NCBI GenBank assembly: GCA_029240075.1
Contig: JARBTQ010000007.1
Coordinates: 28,750 to 92,749, forward strand
Direction of reading: 5' to 3'
Length of the DNA: 64,000 bases
Origin: Chlamydiales bacterium
GTDB lineage: Bacteria; Chlamydiota; Chlamydiia; Chlamydiales; JARBTQ01
Below are positions 54,189 to 64,000 of the stretch, one piece after another. A program made the position numbers and the translations under genes. The number at the start of each line of letters is the position of its first letter. Position 1 is the stretch's first letter. The notes under the pieces are model-generated. The model saw only the letters and a program-made list of their open reading frames with translations, had not been told where the DNA came from and searched no databases.

Positions 54189-57100
54189 GTGAAGCCTTTA
54201 TCTTTTTTACCAACTCCGTTATCTGCAGGGAATAGTTATAATCAGCTCCATATAGATACTGCTGAAATATTTACACAGGTATCTAGCTGCTTTAGCTATA
54301 ATCCCACCACAACTGAAGCTCAACTTACAGAGCTCGGAAAGCAAAGATTCCTACAAGTTCTGTCTAGTACTATCCATATTGCTCCCAATCCGTTCAAAAA
54401 AGCTTACACTGATCCAGAATTTGCTAACTATTCTTTTGAAATAACCTGCAGCAATTTAGTGGAGTGTGTTTTAAATTGTTTTCTAGAGCAGATAGCAGAG
54501 GTAAGATTAGGAGGTAGCGCGGTTAGATACGTGCTAGATGATGAAGACAATGGTCCAAGTTTTAATGATATAGATATTTCGATTTATCTAAAGCCATCTG
54601 CGTGTCAGCAAAAATTAGACCTGTATAAATGCTTATCAGCTCTAATTAGAAAGCTTGATCCTGATCATTGGATAAAAAAAACAGATAGAAAGGACATGGG
54701 GGAGCTTTATATTCAAAAATTTCTCCAATGCCCTGATTGGACATTAGTCAGTGTAGGGGTGACAAATGAAAAGGGTAAAGGGATTGATTTCAAATTTATA
54801 TTTGGAGATATGCGAGAGTATATATTTGATTTCGATTCTCAATATCTTATTTTAAATCCTGTAATATTACATATAATAAACAGCGTGACTACAGATAAAA
54901 CTTCTATGCTTACCGAGATAGCTGTTCCAGTCGGAGCTTATAATGGTGATGTAATAGGCAGCTTTAAAGATTTTAAAAATAAAATATTTCGAACAAGTAG
55001 CCCAGAAAAGGTGCAGCGGGGAGGATGGGTAAGAGCCAATTATTTGAGCTCGCTCAAAGGATACACAAGCCATGAATTTAAATTAAAAAGCTTTCAGCCA
55101 CAATTTTGGAGAAATAACGAACTAGCGATCGCACTGTTGAATCATAATGAGAAAGGTCAAACTGATCATTATGTAGCAGCGGTTTTTAGCTATGTTCGAA
55201 AAAATTTGATGGATACTCTTACGACACATCGAATAGGATATTCAACGGACGATCAAGGGGCTTATCTATTTCAATGCTGGTGGATGATGAAACCTTTGTC
55301 AACAGATGAGTTAAAGCAAATCTTGCCAAGAGAGCATAATTTTTTCAAAAGTCAAGAGGAATGGACCTCCCTAGCTACTAGAGCACAACAAGTCGTATCC
55401 ACTGTTCAATCAAGTTTAGCTAAGCTTATTACTGATAATAGCTATTCCAATACTTTGCTCGAAAGCATTAAAAATAGTTTATTAGTCGTACCAGTACCCT
55501 TGCTTAAATCATATTTAAAGGTTTGTACAGAGCTACTTTCTTTTGCGCCTGCAACATCTATGGTTTTTCATAATGGTAAACTTCACCTCAGAATAAACCA
55601 TAGGGCTGTTCAATCAGATAAGATACAAACCTTGTTATTTCCCTATTTTTCAAAAAGTATCTTGGAAACATTTATAGCTCTTACTACTCAGCATAGTGAT
55701 GAAAGGATAATTTGGGAGCAATTAAATACTATTTATTCGGTCATTTTATCGTACCAAGAGGTTGAAACATATACCGTAAAGAATTTTATTCAAATAGATG
55801 AACAACAACTTCAATCGATTTGTAAAATGCCTTGGCATTATTCTTATCATCTTGCATGCTGGCTTGCTTTACGATCAGACTCTTTAGAGAATAATCAGAA
55901 TTTAAAAGCTTTTGTGACTGTTATTTTCCCCGAGGCTCTTCATGCCTGTTTTAGTCCAGGACAAAAAGCGCTATTAAAGAAAATATTCAATGAACGAGTC
56001 TTGCTACCGCAAGAATTACAATATGCTTTAAAGTTTTCTGTAAGCAGCGAAGAGCAAGCAATTGAAATGAATGTTCAACATATACTAACAACGTACATTT
56101 CTTCCAACTCTGCATTATCCTATGATGTAGTTATCTTTTATTACCATTATGCTGATTACGTTGACTCATATCATAAAAATTCTCTAAGGTCCTGTTTAAG
56201 AGCTTTTCTGTGTGCACAATTTCCAAGGCTTTTGTATGCATGCCAATCTAATCATGAAAGAGGGGTCTTAATAGCAGCTTATTCAAAGTGCTCAAAAATT
56301 GATAAGGGTATGCTAACCAGCAGTTTGCAGATAAATGCAAATAACAAATCAAGCATAGTTGAGATAGCTCATAAAGCTCTTACCCTTTATTTAAACAACG
56401 ACACTAATCAAATCATTACAACAGACTTTTTAGAGAGTTTTATCGAATATTCTCAAAGGTATTTTGATCATGACGGAAAAATTTACCTAGAGTGGCAGAC
56501 AACTTGTCTAGAGTTTTTTATAAATCAAAAGAACTGGTTAAGTGCTTTAAAAAATCTAGAAAGCTTTTCTTTTAGTCGACTTGATATGCTACATAACAGT
56601 GTTAAGCTTGTAGATTTGCTGGTAAAACTTTACCTTAATAAGGCAAAGGAACTCTCTGCATATGTCTTGAATGATTGCCAACTCAAAATATTTGAAGATG
56701 TAGCGCTATTTCTACTTAGTGATAGAGAGCCTATTGACCCTCAAATGAAAAGCTACCTGCTTCAGACACAACAGAAAAATGAGATAAACAAGCTCTATGT
56801 AGATAGTGAGACAGGTGTAGCTCTAAATCAATCAGCTGTGGGCCATGCAGAAAAGATCTATTTATATGGAATTGCTAGAGCATTAATTAGCTCAGCGATT
56901 GATTATCAGCAGATCAATAAGGCTTTTCAATTCTTAGTAGCTTTGGATTTTAAAAAGGTAATTACAAATTTAGGCAATAGAAGAAGCTCTCTATACTTGA
57001 TGATAGCGGAGAAATTACTTAAAACAGGAGAGTGTTTCCCTTTAGCGCTGTTAAGCATAATAAAAGCTTCCAAGTCTATGACTATCAGTGAAGCTGCTGC

Positions 57101-60100
57101 TCAATGTAATCTATTTAAAGAGCTAGCTAGATTGCCAAAGCAAAAGAAAATATTAGATGATGTCGGAATACAAATTTGTAATGCAGTAGATGATAGCTTA
57201 AATCTGCATGATATATTGAATGTATTAATAGAGCATGAAAATTACGATAAAGATTTGGAGACCGACAGTATAAGTATAAATTTAGTAGAATTAGCTGAAG
57301 AGCATAAACTATGGAGCTGCTATTATGAAAAATTTGCCAGCTATATTAAGATATTAGTTAAAGAAAGGTCTCTAGAACCATTTCAAAAAACTAGTAATTT
57401 GCAGTCTAGCTTGCAAATTACAGGCCCATCGATTTCAGCCAATGAAACTATTTTATGCTTAAAGTTTGTGCTAAAACAGATCAACGAGTTGAAAAAATAT
57501 AAGAAAGAATGGAGGAGAGATCTCTATTCCAGACTATTTACGCTCGTAATACCTATAAAATGGTCAAATGATAAAGCTTGCCTGCCCTCTAAAATACAAC
57601 TAGCTCAATTTATTGGTTCAAAAGGGTGTAGAGTATTTGATTTCGAGCAAAGTATTGCAATTGTAGAGAGTGGAGAAACTAGTGGTTATTTTTTTGGTAT
57701 TGAGACAAATTTAGCAGATCTTTACACTGTAATTCTAAATAAGATTTTATTAGATCTTTTTATGCAAAAAACCTCTTTGCAAGAGGGATTACAACGTATA
57801 CAACTTATAGTAACTAAAATTTGCGATAAAGGGTGGACTAATTACTTTACACCTGGGGCTCTATCATCAATAGTGGTTAGGTCGAGTCAAATATTGCTAA
57901 ATGCAAACTTGTATCAACAAGCGTATGAATTTATGACTCAAATAGCTGCTTGGAATATCTGGCATGATCGAATAGAAGAGTATCAGCATCTAGTCAAAGA
58001 GTTAGTATATGGAGTTGAAAGTAGCCCTAATGATACATTTTTATTAGGTAAAATAGTCCAAAATCTGTCCTTGCCTATTAGCTCTGAAGATAGAATAGAA
58101 TATACCGCATCTTGGTTAAGAAAGTGTTGTGAAATCAATAAAGTAGATGAAGCATTTGAAATTTTCTCTAATTTCTACAAAGTCTTATTAGCACAGAATG
58201 ATCCTGTCTTAGATAAAGCGGAGATCGTTCCTAAATTAAGGGACTGTATCCATCATAGATCTGGAAAGGCTACCGATCAAGAGTTAGAGATTTCGGAAAT
58301 CGTTAAAAGCAGATGGAAAACCATAACAAACTATTTTAATTGGAATCGAACATTTGATCCTAATCATCTTGATTTTGAACAAGAAATTATTTGTCCATTT
58401 ATCATTTCTTGCTTAGAGCGTTCAGAAACTATTTTCAGTAAATTTGCGTGGAATTATCTTAAAGAATATTTGACTTTTACAGATGTCAATAATGATTTGA
58501 GATCTTTTTGGCAGGATTATATTGCTGAAGTTGTCACTACAGCTATTATAAAAAAACGTACAGAACTTCTAAAAAATATTTATGATGAAGTTTTCGAAGC
58601 AAAGAAAACTTCTAGCTTCATAAATCGCTGGTTTTCTAAAATCTCTTATTTTCTCTTGGTAAGATATACTCTGGATAATTACATAAATTTTACAGTTAAA
58701 CATGTTGGGAAAAAGAATAGCTGGGAAAAACCTTTAAAGAATGTGATTCATTATTTATTAACTTGCGACTCTACTGTAGATGTGCAACAGCATTTACCTT
58801 GGCTTCATGAAAATTTGCCTACCTATTTTCGACAAATTTATTTTAAAGTCATGGATTTACTTATTTCTACAAAAAAAATTGAGGATTTAAATCTAGCCTT
58901 CCAACTATGGTTTCAGCGTAGCGATGTGTTGTTAAGCGATTCTGAATCTTATATCAAAATTTTAGATAGAATGATTTATCATCATATTACTTGGCTTAAC
59001 TCGAATAGATCAAAAACGTCCATCGTAAATGAAATAAAGGTTCTTTTTGCTAAGGCAATCGAGCTTCACTTATTTATAGGAGAGGAGACTTATCGCAGAG
59101 ATTGTTTGGCAAATATCTTAGGCTACCTTATAGATACTCAAGAGACTACTTTAATACAGCAAGTAAGTCAGTTCTTAATCGAATATAATCAAAACAATCC
59201 ATTGCTTCTAAATGATGAGCATTGGTGTGACTCGCAAAATTTTTTACTTCTATCAATGGCCCAAAAACGGGAAATATCTAGCTATATCGAGATATTCAGA
59301 TTTTTTAGTGAACAAGTTAAGCGTGCAGATATTAAATTTCCTGAGAGATTTTTACACGTCATGTGCAGCATATTAGCTAATGCCCCAATTTTTTATGGAA
59401 ATTACCATATAAAGGCATGCCTTCGTATTATTTGTAGCGATTTAGATAAACGGCAAGAATGGCTTGAGCATGCAGAGATGCGAGCAGATTTGTATATAGC
59501 ACTTATCAAAAGATCAGTTGAAGAAGCTATCCATTTTGACGCTGTGCAGATTATGCATGCTGCTTCATTAATGGAAGAATCTATAGAAAAGGGGATTATA
59601 GAACATTGTAGCGATGAAGATTTGGGTAAGTCATTTACAGAAGTCCTTAGAAATTTAATTGGTTATAATTTGGAGACTTCACTTTTGAAAGCTGTTTCTT
59701 TATTTAACCTGATTCTTACAAAAAAAAATCATCTAAGACTGAACCCTTTTTATAAAGTTCTACTATTATCCTTAGCAGATAGTTTACATGCTTTTGTAAC
59801 TACAAGGGATCGGCCTGATACCAATTTTGTACAATTACAACTGTTTAGAAGATTCAGACTTGCATATATCGAAGTGTACTTATCATTCTTTGGCACACAA
59901 GAGCTAAATAATCATAATTTTGAGGAGCAATTTTTGACAGGTCTCCAATTTAATATAGTTAGTAGTATTAGACGATTACCCGATATTGTAAGGGAGGGGC
60001 TTGAACCATTGCTTTCTGAAGATTTTATTGTTTGGAATGAGACTAAGACTAAGAATGACCTTCGAATACTCTGGGCAGATGATAAATTACTAGATCAGAT

Positions 60101-60479
60101 TTTAAAATCTTTGAAAGATTATCAGACTACTAATTTCAGCGCTTTTCCAGCGTTACGACTTAAGTGTTATAAAAGTTTATATAAGCTGCTTACAAATAAA
60201 TCAGTTAAAGCAGCTAAGTGTTTAGTACCTTGCACTGAGATCATCCAAGTAATAGATATACCCACTGTGATATCTGAAAAAGCGATTATAAGAAGTCCTA
60301 CCATTTTTATAAGTGACCTTAGCTTTCTTAGTGAAGGTAAGGGCATTGATCTCGTTAAGATGAGCCTTACAAAAGTACACCAACTTGTAGCTCAAGAAAA
60401 CTGGAACGACCAAGCTCTGAATGTGCAAAAGGAAGCGTTAGAATTTTATGAGGAGTGCACCAAGGTATTGAATAGCTAA
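54189..60479 (+). CDS. giant (2096 aa) hypothetical protein with an N-terminal nucleotidyltransferase-fold signature
   Basis: Uninterrupted 6.3-kb ORF with a GTG start. Residues around 100-135 read EVRLGGSAVRYVLDDEDNGPSFNDIDISIYL (G[GS]...DxD, resembling the GGxVRD...DxD head of CCA-adding/poly(A) polymerases). A later GIDFKFIFGD is a possible third carboxylate. The remainder is helical-repeat-like. The C-terminus is paralogous to 1..1517. Confidence 0.7.
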   Translation: MKPLSFLPTPLSAGNSYNQLHIDTAEIFTQVSSCFSYNPTTTEAQLTELGKQRFLQVLSSTIHIAPNPFKKAYTDPEFANYSFEITCSNLVECVLNCFLEQIAEVRLGGSAVRYVLDDEDNGPSFNDIDISIYLKPSACQQKLDLYKCLSALIRKLDPDHWIKKTDRKDMGELYIQKFLQCPDWTLVSVGVTNEKGKGIDFKFIFGDMREYIFDFDSQYLILNPVILHIINSVTTDKTSMLTEIAVPVGAYNGDVIGSFKDFKNKIFRTSSPEKVQRGGWVRANYLSSLKGYTSHEFKLKSFQPQFWRNNELAIALLNHNEKGQTDHYVAAVFSYVRKNLMDTLTTHRIGYSTDDQGAYLFQCWWMMKPLSTDELKQILPREHNFFKSQEEWTSLATRAQQVVSTVQSSLAKLITDNSYSNTLLESIKNSLLVVPVPLLKSYLKVCTELLSFAPATSMVFHNGKLHLRINHRAVQSDKIQTLLFPYFSKSILETFIALTTQHSDERIIWEQLNTIYSVILSYQEVETYTVKNFIQIDEQQLQSICKMPWHYSYHLACWLALRSDSLENNQNLKAFVTVIFPEALHACFSPGQKALLKKIFNERVLLPQELQYALKFSVSSEEQAIEMNVQHILTTYISSNSALSYDVVIFYYHYADYVDSYHKNSLRSCLRAFLCAQFPRLLYACQSNHERGVLIAAYSKCSKIDKGMLTSSLQINANNKSSIVEIAHKALTLYLNNDTNQIITTDFLESFIEYSQRYFDHDGKIYLEWQTTCLEFFINQKNWLSALKNLESFSFSRLDMLHNSVKLVDLLVKLYLNKAKELSAYVLNDCQLKIFEDVALFLLSDREPIDPQMKSYLLQTQQKNEINKLYVDSETGVALNQSAVGHAEKIYLYGIARALISSAIDYQQINKAFQFLVALDFKKVITNLGNRRSSLYLMIAEKLLKTGECFPLALLSIIKASKSMTISEAAAQCNLFKELARLPKQKKILDDVGIQICNAVDDSLNLHDILNVLIEHENYDKDLETDSISINLVELAEEHKLWSCYYEKFASYIKILVKERSLEPFQKTSNLQSSLQITGPSISANETILCLKFVLKQINELKKYKKEWRRDLYSRLFTLVIPIKWSNDKACLPSKIQLAQFIGSKGCRVFDFEQSIAIVESGETSGYFFGIETNLADLYTVILNKILLDLFMQKTSLQEGLQRIQLIVTKICDKGWTNYFTPGALSSIVVRSSQILLNANLYQQAYEFMTQIAAWNIWHDRIEEYQHLVKELVYGVESSPNDTFLLGKIVQNLSLPISSEDRIEYTASWLRKCCEINKVDEAFEIFSNFYKVLLAQNDPVLDKAEIVPKLRDCIHHRSGKATDQELEISEIVKSRWKTITNYFNWNRTFDPNHLDFEQEIICPFIISCLERSETIFSKFAWNYLKEYLTFTDVNNDLRSFWQDYIAEVVTTAIIKKRTELLKNIYDEVFEAKKTSSFINRWFSKISYFLLVRYTLDNYINFTVKHVGKKNSWEKPLKNVIHYLLTCDSTVDVQQHLPWLHENLPTYFRQIYFKVMDLLISTKKIEDLNLAFQLWFQRSDVLLSDSESYIKILDRMIYHHITWLNSNRSKTSIVNEIKVLFAKAIELHLFIGEETYRRDCLANILGYLIDTQETTLIQQVSQFLIEYNQNNPLLLNDEHWCDSQNFLLLSMAQKREISSYIEIFRFFSEQVKRADIKFPERFLHVMCSILANAPIFYGNYHIKACLRIICSDLDKRQEWLEHAEMRADLYIALIKRSVEEAIHFDAVQIMHAASLMEESIEKGIIEHCSDEDLGKSFTEVLRNLIGYNLETSLLKAVSLFNLILTKKNHLRLNPFYKVLLLSLADSLHAFVTTRDRPDTNFVQLQLFRRFRLAYIEVYLSFFGTQELNNHNFEEQFLTGLQFNIVSSIRRLPDIVREGLEPLLSEDFIVWNETKTKNDLRILWADDKLLDQILKSLKDYQTTNFSAFPALRLKCYKSLYKLLTNKSVKAAKCLVPCTEIIQVIDIPTVISEKAIIRSPTIFISDLSFLSEGKGIDLVKMSLTKVHQLVAQENWNDQALNVQKEALEFYEECTKVLNS

Positions 60480-60535
60480 GTTACAGAGTTGCCTGCTAGA
60501 GACCTATAGAAAGTCAAATTTTCATAAAAAAACAA

Positions 60536-62032
60536 TCACTCTTCTTCAGTACTGGGAAGTTGTGGCCCTAAAGCTTTTGCTAGAGAGACCAAGTTTATCC
60601 ATATCTCAGTCTGGCTCTGTACTAACGATAAATGGGAATTAAGAAAATTATTTTGAGCTTCAAGCACATTTAAAAAAGGCAATATACCTTGACTATAAAG
60701 CTCCTTTGCCAATTTCAAAGATCGGTTGTTTGCATCAACCGCTTTTTCAAGTGAGCTGACTTTAGTTTTAGTATAAGAGTAGTTAGTTAATCGATTCTCG
60801 ACTTCTTCTAGAGCTTTGTAAATGACCTGTTCATAGCGTACAAGAGCGGCTTCTTGTCTAATTTTATGTACATTTACTTTTATTCTAACTCTTCCAAAGT
60901 CAAGTAAAGACCAGTTGACAGAGGGACCAAAGCTCCAAAAGGAGCTATTAGATTGTAAAATTTGATCATGATGAGAGCCTAATTGACCAATTGACCCTAT
61001 GAGACTAAAATGTGGAAAAAAATCAGCTATAGCAGCTTGAGTGCGTGCTGTGGCTGCGGCAAGTTCATATTCAGCCTTGCGAATATCAGGACGTCGCCGT
61101 AAAACCTCTGAGGGAGTATCTATTGGGATAACCCATTCAGGTGTTAACCACCAAGACTGTATCGTTTCTTTGTTCTTATTGCAGTGTAATTGTTCCGTGA
61201 CTTGTTTAGGATTTTCCTTTAACAAGGTTGCTATACGGTAAATACAGGAGTCATAGAGCTTTTGTAAAGCTGGTAATTGGGCGTATGTCATAGCTAGCTG
61301 AGCTTCCGATTGTAAAACGTCAAGCTCACTTATTAACCCAGAGCGAAGCTTTGCTTTAGCTAAAATTAGAGTTTCTTCCTGTACTTCAGAATGTTGCTTA
61401 TGAATACTTATTTGCTGTTGCAAACTGCGCATAGTAATATAAGAATTTATTAATTCAGCTAATAGAGTAGCTCGTAGATCTTGCTGACTTGCTAAAGCTC
61501 CATAAATTTCTTTGAGTGAAGCTTGCTTTGCGTTTCCTATGGCTCCAAAAAGGTCTAATTCCCACTGAGCATCAAATCCTATTTGAAAAAGATGGTTTTT
61601 ACGCGAACTTCCGGAGGTGAAAGCTGGCGGTAAATTAATCCTAACAGGACTATTTAAACTTTGTTGTTGTTTAGCCGCTTGCCCCCTTGTTTGTAGATGG
61701 GGATAAAGCTCTTTTTCAGCGATGTTGTACGTAGTACGTAGTTCAAGTATATGTAAAGCAGCTAATTTAAGGTCTAAATTATAAGTTTGAAATTTCTGTA
61801 TCCAAGCCTCAAGTAAAGGGTCTTGCAAAAGTTTGCCCCATCCATTTAAGTCTGTAACCAATTTATGTGAAAATGAAGTTGATTTTGGCCTTTCGTAGAA
61901 GCTTGTCCAATCTGTGGCAATAGGTATGTTAGGTTTTTGATAATCTAATTTAGAAACACATCCTGAAACGAATGTAGTAAATAGGAAATGGATTGAAAGA
62001 TAGGTATAACTTAGTCTATTTGAAAATTCCAT
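60536..62032 (-). CDS. NodT/OprM-family outer membrane efflux lipoprotein
   Basis: Lipobox FVSGC after a hydrophobic leader. Two TolC-like repeat halves with coiled segments; RRRPDIRKAEYELAAA is typical of the family. Confidence 0.85.
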   Translation of the reverse strand: MEFSNRLSYTYLSIHFLFTTFVSGCVSKLDYQKPNIPIATDWTSFYERPKSTSFSHKLVTDLNGWGKLLQDPLLEAWIQKFQTYNLDLKLAALHILELRTTYNIAEKELYPHLQTRGQAAKQQQSLNSPVRINLPPAFTSGSSRKNHLFQIGFDAQWELDLFGAIGNAKQASLKEIYGALASQQDLRATLLAELINSYITMRSLQQQISIHKQHSEVQEETLILAKAKLRSGLISELDVLQSEAQLAMTYAQLPALQKLYDSCIYRIATLLKENPKQVTEQLHCNKNKETIQSWWLTPEWVIPIDTPSEVLRRRPDIRKAEYELAAATARTQAAIADFFPHFSLIGSIGQLGSHHDQILQSNSSFWSFGPSVNWSLLDFGRVRIKVNVHKIRQEAALVRYEQVIYKALEEVENRLTNYSYTKTKVSSLEKAVDANNRSLKLAKELYSQGILPFLNVLEAQNNFLNSHLSLVQSQTEIWINLVSLAKALGPQLPSTEEE

Positions 62033-62214
62033 TTCTTAGATCAGACCTTTTTTAAAATTTAACAAATATTGTAGCTCTTTTAGCACCTTCTATAAATACA
62101 GTTGTAATAGGCAGTAGAGGGGTAAAATATTTTAAAAGTTGTTTATCTTTTATTGCGATAAGTGTGCCAAGTTTCGAACCAAGTTTACCTTATCTATCTC
62201 GAAGGTAAAATTGA

Positions 62215-62288
62215 GTAATATCTTTTGCAGAACCCTTTTTCGGTTGATTTTATAAATTTTCTATAAAAGATATTTAGCAAAAGATCTA
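62215..62288 (-). repeat. expanded copy of the intergenic repeat family
   Basis: The minus strand reads TAGATCTTTTGC[34-nt AT-rich insert]CGAAAAAGGGTTCTGCAAAAGATATTAC. Compare TAGATCTCTGCGAAAAAGGTCCCAAAAGAGATCTATTC (the reverse complement of 12111..12148). Confidence 0.45.
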
Positions 62289-62510
62289 CTTTGAAAGATA
62301 ATAAATTGCTGAAATGGCATTAAGATGCTATATTACTAGTACTAAAGTTAAGGAGAATGAATGAGTTGCTTTTTTCATACTTCTAGGTTATGACCTAAAG
62401 TGTAGGGGAAAGACTTTTTATAAGAGGCGCAGCTTGAAATTGCCTCTTATCATTTCGAATACATATTAGAAGGTATTGTTTGGAGTTTTATTAGGGGGAA
62501 AGCCGGAGAT

Positions 62511-63899
62511 ATGTCTGAAGAAGATCGGCTATTTACATCATCATCATCATATGGGTCAGATCATCCTTTAATTGCACGTAACCGTCTATTAGGGCAATTT
62601 CTTTTTGTAAGCTTAGGAATTAATCTAGCAATGGTTGCTACATTTTGCTATATGAGTCTAGCACAGAAAGATCGTTCTCCAATTGCATATGACCTTAAAC
62701 CAGCTACGGTAGACCAACAACAGCCCCCTTTAATAGAAACCAGTTTTACAAATAGAGAAATCCTTTCTAATTTTAAAGAGATGGCTTTTGAGCAGCTGAT
62801 TGCTAAACTGAATGATACTAAGCTGGTGGAAGAAGGATTTACTCAACGTGATTTAGCTTTGGCCGCCTTGGTCAGCTTTCACAATTTTGATTTAGAAAAG
62901 TCATTACCAGGCATAGCTTTACAACAACGTCAAATTGCTTTATCTGAAGATTCACAAAAGATAACAATTTTCCCAGGGCTAACGGATCAACAATACCAAG
63001 CTATTACAACTTATACGAAAGTGGAAAAATGGCCTATCAAAGACAAAGGCATCTTTAGACTACTAAAAGAACGAAGTTTTGATTTTAATCCCTCTTTGGC
63101 GGAGACTTTTTATCTATCACAAGAATTTTTAGCAGTAAAAACTCTTTTGCAAAGGTCTGAAACCTCAATTGATAATAAACAGTTGCTACGTTTATTACTT
63201 GACGGAACTTGGGAGATGCTTGAAAGCTTTACGCAAGGGCAAAGAATTGCTCAAGATCTTTCTGAGGCGCGCAGACAAAAATTTTTACTTGATTATATTG
63301 AGGTGGGCTCTAGAAATGGTGCCTATTTGCTATTAAAAATAGACAGTGCTTTTGCATCTAAAAGGCTTAATGATACCCAGACTATTAAAGTGCTTAGCTT
63401 ATTAAATGAAAAGACCGAAGAAGCTGAGTTCTTTGCCCAATGCTTGCTTATGAGCTTGCGTAGCGATGCTGTGAGAAAACAAGCTGCAGCAACTCTATAT
63501 GCTTTTGCAGGGGAAAATATTCCTGAAAAATATGAACATATCCAAGCTTTAGCTCGTTTTATCCCGCAAGATGTTTTAAAGCAGCAAGCTCAGCTAGTAA
63601 ATAAGAGTATTCCGGTACTAACGCCCACACCTGTATCAAAGTTGATGAACGAGAAAGCTACCACAATTCCTAGTTCTACCTCAGCTAAAGCAGCTATATT
63701 TTCCAGAGTTGAACCTACTAAAAAAAATGATGGTTTTTTTTCCTTTCAACGCAAGGAGCGAACTTATATTATCCAAAAAGGGGATAATTTATGGAAAATT
63801 GGCCGTAAATATAATATTGATGTAGATAAGTTGCGAAACCACAATAAGCTTTCAGATGATCGGTTGCAGATAGGTCAAGTGATTAAATTACCTCAATAA
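62511..63899 (+). CDS. membrane-anchored protein with a C-terminal LysM domain
   Basis: N-terminal TM (LLGQFLFVSLGINLAMVATFCYM). The C-terminal YIIQKGDNLWKIGRKYNIDVDKLRNHNKLSDDRLQIGQVIKLP is a canonical LysM motif. Confidence 0.75.
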   Translation: MSEEDRLFTSSSSYGSDHPLIARNRLLGQFLFVSLGINLAMVATFCYMSLAQKDRSPIAYDLKPATVDQQQPPLIETSFTNREILSNFKEMAFEQLIAKLNDTKLVEEGFTQRDLALAALVSFHNFDLEKSLPGIALQQRQIALSEDSQKITIFPGLTDQQYQAITTYTKVEKWPIKDKGIFRLLKERSFDFNPSLAETFYLSQEFLAVKTLLQRSETSIDNKQLLRLLLDGTWEMLESFTQGQRIAQDLSEARRQKFLLDYIEVGSRNGAYLLLKIDSAFASKRLNDTQTIKVLSLLNEKTEEAEFFAQCLLMSLRSDAVRKQAAATLYAFAGENIPEKYEHIQALARFIPQDVLKQQAQLVNKSIPVLTPTPVSKLMNEKATTIPSSTSAKAAIFSRVEPTKKNDGFFSFQRKERTYIIQKGDNLWKIGRKYNIDVDKLRNHNKLSDDRLQIGQVIKLPQ

Positions 63900-63923
63900 G
63901 TATTTTAAATGTATAAATAATCT

Positions 63924-63947
63924 ATGGGGGGCTTTCCCCCTATTTTA
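63924..63947 (+). terminator. rho-independent terminator after the LysM gene
   Basis: ATGGGGGG-cttt-CCCCCTAT (an 8-bp stem with one G-T pair) followed by TTTT, starting 25 nt after the stop. Confidence 0.7.
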
Positions 63948-64000
63948 AGAATTACTATTTTTTAGGTGAAGATTTGGTAGGATCTGGTCTATCTCCCTCT

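Noticed and set aside
971-61241. Many 60-150 aa track ORFs lie antisense to, or nested inside, long well-supported genes. Examples: 971-1165, 1687-1875, 4341-4547, 5518-5730, 6763-7450, 15487-15756, 17312-17776, 18381-18886, 19904-20104, 22477-22791, 24197-24569, 28718-28912, 29879-30067, 32715-32924, 34369-34608, 35454-35660, 37123-37592, 39472-39774, 45676-45906, 51507-51701, 54867-55073, 60222-60428 and 61041-61241.
   Set aside because: Each is fully overlapped by a longer ORF with recognisable family motifs or clear coding character. Their translations are low-complexity or hydrophobic shadows typical of AT-rich antisense frames, and I saw no start context or motif support.
1-64000. A search by eye for CRISPR arrays, rRNA, tRNA or tmRNA genes and for prophage, integrase or toxin-antitoxin modules.
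   Set aside because: No regularly spaced direct repeats with unique spacers were seen. No GC-rich cloverleaf-sized islands appear in the intergenic regions, and no integrase or phage-like ORFs are present. The only mobile-element trace is the decayed transposase at about 43.1-44.0 kb.

Overview
This is a visibly AT-rich bacterial chromosomal segment with dense coding on both strands. I saw no rRNA, tRNA or CRISPR array. All calls come from reading the sequence and the ORF translations by eye; nothing was searched or computed.

The gene content looks like an environmental chlamydia or amoeba-symbiont type genome. The pointers are KDO/Lpt and peptidoglycan genes, a flhA-type gene clustered with a sigma-28 gene, and many F-box, ankyrin and TPR proteins. 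That taxonomic guess is an inference.

Housekeeping genes recognised:
- Translation, transcription and nucleotide metabolism: dtd, nusB, a yicC-family gene, gmk, an rpoZ-like gene, metG, an ABC-F ATPase.
- Envelope: murB, murF, kdsA, lptB with LptC/LptA-like neighbours, an exported VanX/DdpX-type dipeptidase, a LysM protein.
- Transport and other: sufE, two tandem MarC-family genes, an EmrA/EmrB-type efflux pair, a NodT/OprM-type outer membrane lipoprotein, an OmpR-type response regulator, a PHP phosphoesterase.

Accessory or unusual content:
1. A stand-alone flagellar-type module, flhB-flhA-flhF-(2-TM ORF)-fliA. No other flagellar genes lie nearby, and the FlhF GTPase motifs are degenerate.
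2. Two tandem effector-like genes that share a roughly 100-aa N-terminal module. One carries a kinase-fold C-terminus; the other has polyproline tracts plus an LKKV motif.
3. A giant 2096-aa protein with an N-terminal nucleotidyltransferase-like signature. A paralog is cut by the left window edge.
4. An island of eukaryote-like proteins at about 43-60.5 kb (2 F-box, TPR, ankyrin, beta-propeller-like) next to a decayed IS transposase. A third F-box gene, the frameshifted F-box/ankyrin pseudogene at 24926..26062, lies outside the island.
5. That F-box/ankyrin gene is broken by a visible 5-bp tandem duplication and a homopolymer indel.
6. A dispersed family of 30-70 bp, partly palindromic intergenic repeats with core TAGATCTCTGCGAAA. 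There are at least 12 copies, mostly just 3' of genes.
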